From assembly GCA_050173015.1 (NCBI GenBank), contig JBFXLE010000012.1, positions 1 to 64,000 of the forward strand: 64,000 nt of DNA. Direction: 5' to 3'. The notes beneath the pieces are model-generated. The model saw only the letters and a list, made by a program, of their open reading frames with translations. It did not search any database and had not been told where the DNA came from. The stretch's first letter is position 1, and every line of letters begins with the position of its first letter. Shown in pieces: positions 40,428-48,250 of the stretch. A program made the position numbers and the translations under genes. The stretch comes from Calditrichaceae bacterium. Lineage in GTDB: Bacteria > Calditrichota > Calditrichia > Calditrichales > JBFXGD01.

Positions 40428-40994
40428 ATGTCAGAACAAATTGATCGAATCTATAAACAATTTTATTCACAACTTTTACTTTATATAAAGAAACGTATTC
40501 CGGATTCCGATGATGCCGAGGATATCCTTCAAAGTGTTTATTTAAAACTATTGACAAGCGCTGATCAATTGAGAGAAAAAGATAAACTTGCAGGCTGGAT
40601 TTACGCGGTCGCTCATAATGCTGTAACGGATTATTATCGAAAAAAACGTGTCTCATTCGAAAATATTGAACCTGATGAATTAGCGGAGATTGATGAATCT
40701 GATGATCATAGCAGAACTAATGATATCTATCAATGCGTGCTCCCGTTTATTTATCAACTGCCTGAAAAATACAGAGGAGCAATTTTGCTGGCTGATGTGG
40801 AAAACAAATCAATGCGCGACATTGCCAGAGAAATGGGAATTTCGGTAACAGCCGCAAAATCAAGGGTACAAAGAGCCCGGAAAATGGCGCGTGAACTGTT
40901 CCTTGCCTGCTGTAAAATCACCTATGATTCCAAAGGAAAATTTATCGATTACATACCGCTTGGAAGTCAGGATGAAGAATGTAATAATTGCTGA
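40428..40994 (+). CDS. sigZ: ECF sigma factor, SigZ-like
   Basis: AEDILQ, WIYAVAHN, KSRVQRAR, C-terminal ACC...CNNC extension. Confidence 0.8.
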   Translation: MSEQIDRIYKQFYSQLLLYIKKRIPDSDDAEDILQSVYLKLLTSADQLREKDKLAGWIYAVAHNAVTDYYRKKRVSFENIEPDELAEIDESDDHSRTNDIYQCVLPFIYQLPEKYRGAILLADVENKSMRDIAREMGISVTAAKSRVQRARKMARELFLACCKITYDSKGKFIDYIPLGSQDEECNNC

Positions 40995-41029
40995 AAACAA
41001 AAAATGAAACTCAGGAAATATAAGGTATT

Positions 41030-41488
41030 ATGAGTAGCTCATCGGTGAATAGCGGTTTTAGTTTTGATATTCCTGAAAGTTTCGAGGAACAAGGATGTTA
41101 TCGCGTGCTTTATGTTCATCAGGGAACTGCCGGGGCGCTGGAAATTCTGAGCAGGTGTTACAATAATCAGCCGGATTTGAGCGACATTTTAATACTTAGA
41201 GAGACAGATACTCCCGAAACAAATTCAAGATCCTGGCGAGATATAAAGACATCCTATGCGGATTATATTGTCATTTACACAAAAGAGCAAATTGGATTGT
41301 CTGAAATCCGCGAGATCAGACGCGGCCTGAATACAAATGGTTTGGTTGTTTTTACAAAGACGCCACCTGAAATTGAAAACGTATCTAAGTTGTTTATTTC
41401 CAATGGTTTTAAGAGTGTGGGGCCGGCGCATGCCACTATTATAATATTTAAAATGACACAAATTGCCTGTTGCGGAAATATCAGATAA
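41030..41488 (+). CDS. Hypothetical protein, possibly a degenerate class I methyltransferase fold
   Basis: LSEIREIRRGLNTNG resembles the EixRvLkpgG motif; glycine motif degenerate; ends in CCG. Confidence 0.5.
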   Translation: MSSSSVNSGFSFDIPESFEEQGCYRVLYVHQGTAGALEILSRCYNNQPDLSDILILRETDTPETNSRSWRDIKTSYADYIVIYTKEQIGLSEIREIRRGLNTNGLVVFTKTPPEIENVSKLFISNGFKSVGPAHATIIIFKMTQIACCGNIR

Positions 41489-41738
41489 TTATCAGGTCAC
41501 CATAGGTAAATTAACTGAAAAACGATTGGTCAGGACCAGGACACAGAGACAATATGATATCTGCTTGATTTTTAGCTGTAAAGAATTTAAATTATGCCGC
41601 TAAAGTAAAACACTGAGAGTTATTAATTTATGTAACTTTTGGCGAAACGGGACATCAAAAAAAGCGCTGAATCAGAAAAATGTGATGTTGAAAAGGTAAG
41701 ATTCGGGCGTTTAAATTTTAGATGGAGGTTTTAGCGAT

Positions 41739-41984
41739 ATGTCCACTCAGCCAAAAGTTATTGTTTTTTCTACGCCGACATGTTCATTTTGCAACACGGC
41801 CAAAAGATATTTCAGGGAAAAAAATATAAAATTCAGAGATGTTGACGTCTCAAAAGATGCCCGGGCCGCCGCGGATATGCAGCGCAGGACCGGACAGACC
41901 GGAGTACCGGTCATTTTAATTAATAACCGGCCAATAATTGGATTTGATAAACAAAAAATTAATCAAATGTTAGGTATAAAGTAA
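41739..41984 (+). CDS. Glutaredoxin/NrdH-like protein
   Basis: [20 protein letters not shown]. Confidence 0.9.
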   Translation: MSTQPKVIVFSTPTCSFCNTAKRYFREKNIKFRDVDVSKDARAAADMQRRTGQTGVPVILINNRPIIGFDKQKINQMLGIK

Positions 41985-41994
41985 GGAGATTAAC

Positions 41995-42264
41995 GTGAAT
42001 ATTAAGCCATTGGATGATCGTATTCTGATCGAACAGGTAGAAGAAGAAGTTCAAAAAGTAGGTTCAATTATCATACCTGACTCTGCCAAAGAAAAACCGC
42101 GTATGGGCAAAGTTGTCGCTGTAGGAACTGATGAAGATTTAAAGGAACTTGTAAAAGTAGGTGATACGGTTCTTTACTCAAAATATTCCGGTGATGAGAT
42201 AAAAGTAGAAAACAGAGAGTACTTAATTGTACAACGCAGTGATGTGTTAGCTATCGTCGGATAA
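41995..42264 (+). CDS. groS: Second co-chaperonin GroES (no adjacent GroEL)
   Basis: [33 protein letters not shown] with GTG start. Confidence 0.92.
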   Translation: MNIKPLDDRILIEQVEEEVQKVGSIIIPDSAKEKPRMGKVVAVGTDEDLKELVKVGDTVLYSKYSGDEIKVENREYLIVQRSDVLAIVG

Positions 42265-42295
42265 AAAAATAGGGCTTTTATAGCCCTTTTTTTTA
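42265..42295 (+). terminator. Intrinsic terminator
   Basis: AGGGCT...AGCCCT hairpin followed by a T run. Confidence 0.7.
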
Positions 42296-42433
42296 TTTCT
42301 TTTTTTACTTCCCGCTAATCCCTTTTCACTACTTTCAAGTACTTCAGTCAAACAGTTCATGTAATTGGTTTTATTAAAAAAATAGATTATATTTAATGTT
42401 AAAATAAATAAATACATAATTTAGAGATAATAA

Positions 42434-44185
42434 GTGGATTCAAAAAAATCAGAGAAGAATCTAATCCTTGATGGCATCGCTGTGTCGAACGGGATAGGTA
42501 TCGGCGAAATAAATATTTATCATACTGATTTTGACGATATCTCTGAATACACGCTGGAAACAACTAAAATTGTTGACGAACTGGAACGTTATCTGGCAGC
42601 TGTGAATGAGGTTAACCTCATCTTTCTCAATAATAAACAACGTGTAGCAAGAGATTTAGGCACAAAGCACGCGGAAATCTATGACACTTATCATATGATT
42701 ATCGAAGATCCGTTTTTTCAGGAAGAAATACCTGACACGATAAAGTCTGAAGCTAAAAATGCGGAAGCGATCATCCACAAAAAATTATCTCTGTATGAAA
42801 AGCACTTTGCGAACGTAAAAGATGAATATCTCCGTGAAAGAATATTTGACATACGCGGAGTGAGCAGACGGCTGATTTTTCATTTGCTACAACATGGCGT
42901 CGCTGATGAACTTAACAATAACAAGTCAAACCTGATTTTTGCCAGAGAATTGACTCCCGCTGATTCGATTCATTTTCATCATCGATTACTTAAGGGCATT
43001 GTTACAGAGTTTGGCGGAAAAACAAGTCACGCAGCGATTCTTGCCAGATCAATAGAGGTGCCGGCGATAGTAGGAGTGTCCAGTCTCCTGAAACAGGTTA
43101 ACTCTGGAGATACAGCCATTGTTGATGCCATAAACGGAAAATTAATCATTAGACCCGATAAAGAGGTGCTTTCTGAATACCGTGATAAACACAGGAAATT
43201 TCTTGCCCGACGTAACAAGCTAAAAAAGTTTGTCAAACAACCCCTGACAATGCTAGGGGATAGAAAAATTCAGCTTCAGGCAAATATTAACGAACCTTCG
43301 GAAATAGATCTTGCCCATAAATATAACGCCGGAGGGGTCGGTTTATTCAGAACGGAATTAAGCTTCATCGCGAAGGAATCTTTTTTAAGTGAAAACGAAC
43401 AATTCAGAATATACAGGAATGTTCTTGAAAAATTCCCGGAACAGGAAGTTGTAATTCGCGTCCTTGATCTCGGAGGCGATAAATTTTTACCGTTCACTGA
43501 ACTGCATAGAGAATTAAATCCGTTTCTTGGGTGGCGATCCATCCGAATTCTCTTAAGTGAAGTGGAAATTTTCAAAACACAGTTAAGAGCGATCATAAAA
43601 GCTTCCCATTACGGTCATGCAAAAATCATGATTCCTATGATTTCCAGCCTGGAAGAAATAATCGCCGCAAAGAAAATTATCAATGGCGTTAAAGATGATC
43701 TACGCAGGGAAAATGTTCCTTTTAACGAAAACATCCCTGTGGGAATCATGGTTGAAATTCCGTCGGCCGCGCTTTTAATTGATTCGCTAATCAATGAAAT
43801 TGACTTTGTCAGCATCGGCACGAATGACCTGATTCAATACACATTGGCGGTTGACCGCAACAATGAAAAAGTGGCGGAATTCTATCAGCCCTTAAATCCG
43901 GCTATTCTACATCTTATCCATACCGTGGCTAAAACAGGCGCGCGATCTGACAAACCTGTTTCTGTCTGCGGGGAAATGGCGGGGGACCCGCTCTATACTC
44001 AATTGTTGCTGAGTCTGGGGGTTAACACTTTAAGCATGCAGCCTTCATCCATTCCAATGATAAAAAATATTCTGCTCCATACTCAGCCGGAAGTGCTTGC
44101 TGAAATTGCTGAACGGGCGTTTACATTTAGCGAAGTAAAAAATCTACGTGAATATTTATACTCACATATAGAGAGTTTGCTTTGA
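42434..44185 (+). CDS. ptsI: Phosphoenolpyruvate-protein phosphotransferase (PTS enzyme I)
   Basis: GGKTSHAAILARS (phospho-His), GVGLFRTE, ELNPFLGWRSIR, SIGTNDLIQY, VCGEMA. Confidence 0.95.
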   Translation: MDSKKSEKNLILDGIAVSNGIGIGEINIYHTDFDDISEYTLETTKIVDELERYLAAVNEVNLIFLNNKQRVARDLGTKHAEIYDTYHMIIEDPFFQEEIPDTIKSEAKNAEAIIHKKLSLYEKHFANVKDEYLRERIFDIRGVSRRLIFHLLQHGVADELNNNKSNLIFARELTPADSIHFHHRLLKGIVTEFGGKTSHAAILARSIEVPAIVGVSSLLKQVNSGDTAIVDAINGKLIIRPDKEVLSEYRDKHRKFLARRNKLKKFVKQPLTMLGDRKIQLQANINEPSEIDLAHKYNAGGVGLFRTELSFIAKESFLSENEQFRIYRNVLEKFPEQEVVIRVLDLGGDKFLPFTELHRELNPFLGWRSIRILLSEVEIFKTQLRAIIKASHYGHAKIMIPMISSLEEIIAAKKIINGVKDDLRRENVPFNENIPVGIMVEIPSAALLIDSLINEIDFVSIGTNDLIQYTLAVDRNNEKVAEFYQPLNPAILHLIHTVAKTGARSDKPVSVCGEMAGDPLYTQLLLSLGVNTLSMQPSSIPMIKNILLHTQPEVLAEIAERAFTFSEVKNLREYLYSHIESLL

Positions 44186-44214
44186 TGGGAATATTTTAAG
44201 AAAAGAGAGGAACT

Positions 44215-44568
44215 ATGTTACGAAACGCGGTTATCCGCTGGCTTATTAATTCAGCGGCATTGTGGGTGGTTGATGTTATGTTTGACGGGATTTGGTTTGA
44301 CAGCACGGGAGCACTGCTTATCGCGGCGCTGATTTTGGGACTTTTAAATACCTTGCTCAAGCCAGTACTGATTTTATTCACCCTGCCGATAAATTTTATG
44401 ACACTGGGACTTTTCACCATTGTTATTAACGCTATTATTTTGGAATTAACCAATTTTTGGCTTGATAGTTTTCATATTTCAGGTTTCGGAGTGGCTTTAT
44501 TAGCGGCGATTCTCATCAGTATTGTCAGCATTCTTCTGCAAAACCTGCTCAAGGACGATCGCTCCTAA
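44215..44568 (+). CDS. 4-TM membrane protein (YvlD/DUF360, 'phage holin 4_2' family)
   Basis: ALILGLLNTLLKPVL..LTLP..TLGLF pattern. Confidence 0.85.
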   Translation: MLRNAVIRWLINSAALWVVDVMFDGIWFDSTGALLIAALILGLLNTLLKPVLILFTLPINFMTLGLFTIVINAIILELTNFWLDSFHISGFGVALLAAILISIVSILLQNLLKDDRS

Positions 44569-44585
44569 TAACATCACAGAACGGT

Positions 44586-45812
44586 CTATCTCGTCAGAGC
44601 CGGATTGTGAAGGATATAGCCGTTTGAATCCATCCGGTATTTTCTCTTCAGTTCCAGCGTATCGGCCGGAAGAAGCGCCATAAATCCGAATCTCTCCCTG
44701 ATATCGTCAATTGCTGTATTAAGAGCCTCCATGCGCGTTTTTTCATCAAACAGATAAGACTGAAATCCACAAGGCTCGACTTGTCCCGCGGTGACTCCCA
44801 CATGGCGTATGCGTATCCTGCGAAAGCGGATTTCTTCAAAAATACGGCTGACGGCGATGAACAGATCCTTTCCGTCATCTGATGGATGAGTCAGGCTCAG
44901 GCTCCGGGCATGGCGGGTGAAATCGGAATAGCCGATTTTTACCGTCAACATTCGGCAAACCAGATCCTGTTCCCGTAATTTTTTCGCGATCCGTTCCGTA
45001 AGATATTGAAGAGTTCCCTTTACAATTGACATATCAGATGTGTCTTCTTCAAAACTTGTTTCCCTGCTCAATTGTCGCGGAATTATACGAATTTTTACTT
45101 CCCGGTCATCGATGCCGTTCGCGAGCTCCCACATTTTGATGCCGTTTTTTCCGAATAGTTGCTCAAGGATTAGTTTTGACAGGCGCGCCAAGCTTCCAAC
45201 GGTAAAAATGTGTAAATCGGTCAGTTTCTCTTTGGTCATCCTGCCGATGCCGGGTAAAACATCAACAGGCAGACCGTTTAAAAATTCATTCTCCTTATCA
45301 AAAGGAATTTGCGCGATCCCCCGTGGTTTATTCAGGCCGGATGCAATACGCGCAATGGTTTTCGTGCTGCCGATACCTACGGACAGGCCCACTCCCACTT
45401 TTTGCCAGACTTCTTCGGTAATATTTTTGGCTATTTGTATCGGCGCCGGATGCAGATGCAATGTCCCCGTTAAGTCAAGATACGCGTCATCCAGAGATGT
45501 AAATTCAACTAAGGGTGTGTATTTTAGATAGACATTATGAAAAACTTCAGAAACAGCGCGGTAGTGGTCATAATTGCCTTTCAGAAATACGGCATTCGGG
45601 CAGATGCCTTTTGCTCGCGTAAGTGGCATACCGGTGCGGATACCGTGGGCGCGGGCTTCGTAGCTGGCAGTATGCACGACGCCGCGTTGATCTGCCCTTC
45701 CGCCGACAATAACGGGTCTGTCGCGTAAAAGTGGATTAAATCCCTGTTCGACCGACGCGAAAAAGGCGTCCGCGTCAATATGCATTATGGTGCGATGCTG
45801 TCTTTTTATCAT
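44586..45812 (-). CDS. dinB: Y-family DNA polymerase (DinB/Pol IV-like)
   Basis: HIDADAFFASVE, ASYEAR..G, SLDDAYLD, LPGIG HhH, little-finger domain, QSYLF clamp-like motif, DDIRERFG. Confidence 0.92.
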   Translation of the reverse strand: MIKRQHRTIMHIDADAFFASVEQGFNPLLRDRPVIVGGRADQRGVVHTASYEARAHGIRTGMPLTRAKGICPNAVFLKGNYDHYRAVSEVFHNVYLKYTPLVEFTSLDDAYLDLTGTLHLHPAPIQIAKNITEEVWQKVGVGLSVGIGSTKTIARIASGLNKPRGIAQIPFDKENEFLNGLPVDVLPGIGRMTKEKLTDLHIFTVGSLARLSKLILEQLFGKNGIKMWELANGIDDREVKIRIIPRQLSRETSFEEDTSDMSIVKGTLQYLTERIAKKLREQDLVCRMLTVKIGYSDFTRHARSLSLTHPSDDGKDLFIAVSRIFEEIRFRRIRIRHVGVTAGQVEPCGFQSYLFDEKTRMEALNTAIDDIRERFGFMALLPADTLELKRKYRMDSNGYILHNPALTR

Positions 45813-45849
45813 AATTAAAAAGTACGAAAATTTTTAACCGGCATTAAAT

Positions 45850-46104
45850 TCACCCCTGTAAACAGACGCGGGCAATTTGCCATTCAAGGCTGGAATCTTC
45901 AAAAAGTAATTCAAAATAGTCGGAACTGTCGGCGATAATGGAAAAATGGTATTGTTTGTTGTGCCCCTGGTGACTGACCCAATGACCATTGAGTTGATTG
46001 ATTTTGTAAACCCGGCCATTCCATTTGAAGCGCAGCGGTTTCATCTGTCCTTCCTTAAAATAGCCTATTACCTCAATGGGCTCGAAAATATCCTCAAAAA
46101 TCAT
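45850..46104 (-). CDS. Small beta-rich protein, DUF6504-like
   Basis: EPIEV...PLRFKWNGRVYKI...HW...FELLF...W pattern; co-oriented directly upstream of dinB. Confidence 0.72.
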   Translation of the reverse strand: MIFEDIFEPIEVIGYFKEGQMKPLRFKWNGRVYKINQLNGHWVSHQGHNKQYHFSIIADSSDYFELLFEDSSLEWQIARVCLQG

Positions 46105-46138
46105 CTTAATCCCGCGACTAAATTTTATTTCATTAAAA

Positions 46139-46152
46139 TGTACAAACGTACA
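46139..46152. promoter_or_regulatory. Candidate SOS box TGTAC-AAAC-GTACA
   Basis: Palindrome shared with the lexA upstream region; just downstream of a minus-strand TTGCAT-N17-TATATT promoter (46185-46157). Confidence 0.78.
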
Positions 46153-46306
46153 CCAGAATATATAAAGTCATCTTTAAAAATGCAATCAAAAAACGAAAAA
46201 AAGAGATCCAGGGATGTAAAAAAACTCAGCTTGTATAAACTGATGAGGATGATGATAAAGAATTTAGATAGCTGTCAGGACGAAAAAATGTAACGAATAG
46301 AAACTT

Positions 46307-46759
46307 TCAAAGTTCTCTGATGACAGTGACAACTTTGCCGATAAGTTCAAAGTCAGGAGTGCGCGGATCGACAATGAGAGGAGATACGGAGGCATCGGCT
46401 GTTTCAAGCCGGATGAGATGCTTGTCATAATATATTTTCCGGACGTAAATGCGGTGTCCCAGCTTGATGACGCCGATATCGCCATTGTGAAGCTGAGGAG
46501 TCAGGTTGACCGTAAGAAAATCACCGGAAAGAATGCCCGCATTGGAAAGTCCGTTGTCAATGGCTTTAAGCGTGATGGATCTTGTATCGTTTTCCTTAAA
46601 ATTACTGATGATCTCACCAATATTATAATTCCCGTTGGTATGAAAGTTATTCTCCATGCGAACTTCGCCAAGAAGCGGGATATTATAAAATTCAGAGTTA
46701 AGACCGGAATCTTCGGCCCGATATACACCTTTCAAGATAAATAAATCCCTTTTGTTCAT
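46307..46759 (-). CDS. HTH-less LexA/UmuD C-terminal (peptidase S24-like) domain protein, predicted catalytically inactive
   Basis: Aligns by eye to the LexA CTD (IPLLGEV, NAGILSGD, NGDI, IGKVVTVIRE), but the A-G site and Ser/Lys dyad are substituted. Confidence 0.8.
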   Translation of the reverse strand: MNKRDLFILKGVYRAEDSGLNSEFYNIPLLGEVRMENNFHTNGNYNIGEIISNFKENDTRSITLKAIDNGLSNAGILSGDFLTVNLTPQLHNGDIGVIKLGHRIYVRKIYYDKHLIRLETADASVSPLIVDPRTPDFELIGKVVTVIREL

Positions 46760-46810
46760 GATAACTAAGAGTAAATTTAATATCAGATAAAATTAAAATA
46801 CAAACTCCTG

Positions 46811-47428
46811 TTAATGTACCATCTCCCGGATGAGACCGATGACCCGACCTTGAATTGACCAGTCGCTCTGCGGGTATATATCACTGTATCCGGGATTTTC
46901 AGCCTTCAGAAATGGCTTCCCCGTATCGGTGATCAGCCTTTTTACCGTGACTTCATCTTCAATAAGGGCCACTACGATATCTTTGTTGGCGGCTGTATTG
47001 CATGACTGCACCACAACCAGATCATCTTCCAAAATTCCGGCGTTTATCATACTGTCGCCGCGCACTTTTAAGGCAAAATACCGGCCTTCCAGTTTGATCA
47101 TCGCTCTTGGGATGGGTATATAACGCTCGACATTTTCCTGGGCAAGAATCGGGAAACCCGCCGCAACACGGCCAATCAGTGGCACATCCACATCGGTACC
47201 GGAATTCGGAGCATATTCCGGATCAATAATTTTCAAAGTGCGCGCGGATGAATCCTTTTCCAGGTAACCCTTAGCGATGAGCGCGTCAATATGCTTCAAG
47301 ATGGCGTATTTTGATTTGATCTTAAGGGTATCCGCCAGCTCCTGATAAGTGGGCGCGTATCCTTTTTCTTCAATATGGCGGGCAATTAACCGCAGAATTT
47401 CTTTCTGCCTGTCAGTAAGTCCTTTCAT
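46811..47428 (-). CDS. lexA: SOS repressor LexA
   Basis: LTDRQKEIL wHTH, VAAG cleavage site, GDSM Ser, TVKRL Lys. Start ATG 47428 after AAGGGGG. Confidence 0.96.
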   Translation of the reverse strand: MKGLTDRQKEILRLIARHIEEKGYAPTYQELADTLKIKSKYAILKHIDALIAKGYLEKDSSARTLKIIDPEYAPNSGTDVDVPLIGRVAAGFPILAQENVERYIPIPRAMIKLEGRYFALKVRGDSMINAGILEDDLVVVQSCNTAANKDIVVALIEDEVTVKRLITDTGKPFLKAENPGYSDIYPQSDWSIQGRVIGLIREMVH

Positions 47429-47446
47429 GGAAACCCCCTTGTTAAA

Positions 47447-47460
47447 TGTACTAAAGTACA
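47447..47460. promoter_or_regulatory. Candidate SOS box TGTAC-TAAA-GTACA (lexA autoregulation)
   Basis: Palindrome between a minus-strand TTGATT-N17-TATTTT promoter (47492-47464) and the lexA RBS. Confidence 0.8.
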
Positions 47461-47532
47461 CCAAAAATAAATATTAACAGAGGGGAAATCAAGAAAAAAA
47501 TTTAATTAAATCAATTTAGTTAAAAAGAGGAC

Positions 47533-48243
47533 TCATCCGGATACTAATTTGATAAAATATGATTCAAAAGATTGATTTTGTTCAATTTCGGAAATCTCTT
47601 GGGCGTTAAAAATTTTCGCCACCCGGCCATTATTCAAAATAATAACAGGATCGCACCATTGCTGAATAAGAGACAGGATATGTGATGATATTATGACGAT
47701 TTTATTCAAGGCGGCTTGCTCCATAAGGTAATTTTTTAATTTATACAGAGAAACCGGGTCCAGTCCGTTCAGCGCTTCGTCAAGGATTAAAAAATCCGGT
47801 TTACCGATTAGCGCGGCGGCAATAGACAGTTTTTGCTTCATTCCGTGTGAATAATTTATGACAAGCTCATCCGCTTTGTCGTTGATGCCGTGTAGATTAA
47901 GTAAAAAATCTATCTCTTTTTGAGTATCAGTTGATTTTCTTATTTTCGCGATTAATTCCAAAAATTCACGGCCGGTAAGATACGGAAGCAATTCGGCATC
48001 TTCGGGAGCATAACCACAGTTTTGTTTAATCCGGAAGCGATTCTTGTTTAACTCCTTTCCGCGAAATTCGATCGTGCCGGAATACCCGCTGATCAACCCG
48101 ACCGCGGCTTTCAGAAGTGAACTTTTTCCCGCCCCGTTCCGGCCGATGAGTCCTGTCAATTTTCCTGGCGGAAAATCCAGACTAAGATCTTTTACGGCCT
48201 CCCGTGTTTCATAGGTGATGGTTACATTCTTAATCGATAACAT
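47533..48243 (-). CDS. ABC transporter ATP-binding protein
   Basis: GRNGAGKS, YSHGMKQK, ILDE, SSH. Start taken as ATG 48243. Confidence 0.92.
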   Translation of the reverse strand: MLSIKNVTITYETREAVKDLSLDFPPGKLTGLIGRNGAGKSSLLKAAVGLISGYSGTIEFRGKELNKNRFRIKQNCGYAPEDAELLPYLTGREFLELIAKIRKSTDTQKEIDFLLNLHGINDKADELVINYSHGMKQKLSIAAALIGKPDFLILDEALNGLDPVSLYKLKNYLMEQAALNKIVIISSHILSLIQQWCDPVIILNNGRVAKIFNAQEISEIEQNQSFESYFIKLVSG

Positions 48244-48250
48244 TATTGCC

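Noticed and set aside
40980-41010. Selenocysteine read-through at the SigZ TGA after CNNC
   Set aside because: Another in-frame TGA follows within a few codons and no SECIS-like hairpin is visible.
44215-44568. Prophage suggested by a 'phage holin' family gene next to lexA/S24 genes
   Set aside because: The YvlD/DUF360 family is commonly chromosomal; no integrase, endolysin or structural genes are present.
46307-46759. Canonical UmuD (umuDC operon)
   Set aside because: Cleavage site and Ser-Lys dyad are missing, and the polymerase is DinB-like with another gene in between.
47429-47464. ORF-track extension of lexA to 47464
   Set aside because: It would run through the operator; ATG 47428 has the RBS and gives a typical LexA N-terminus.
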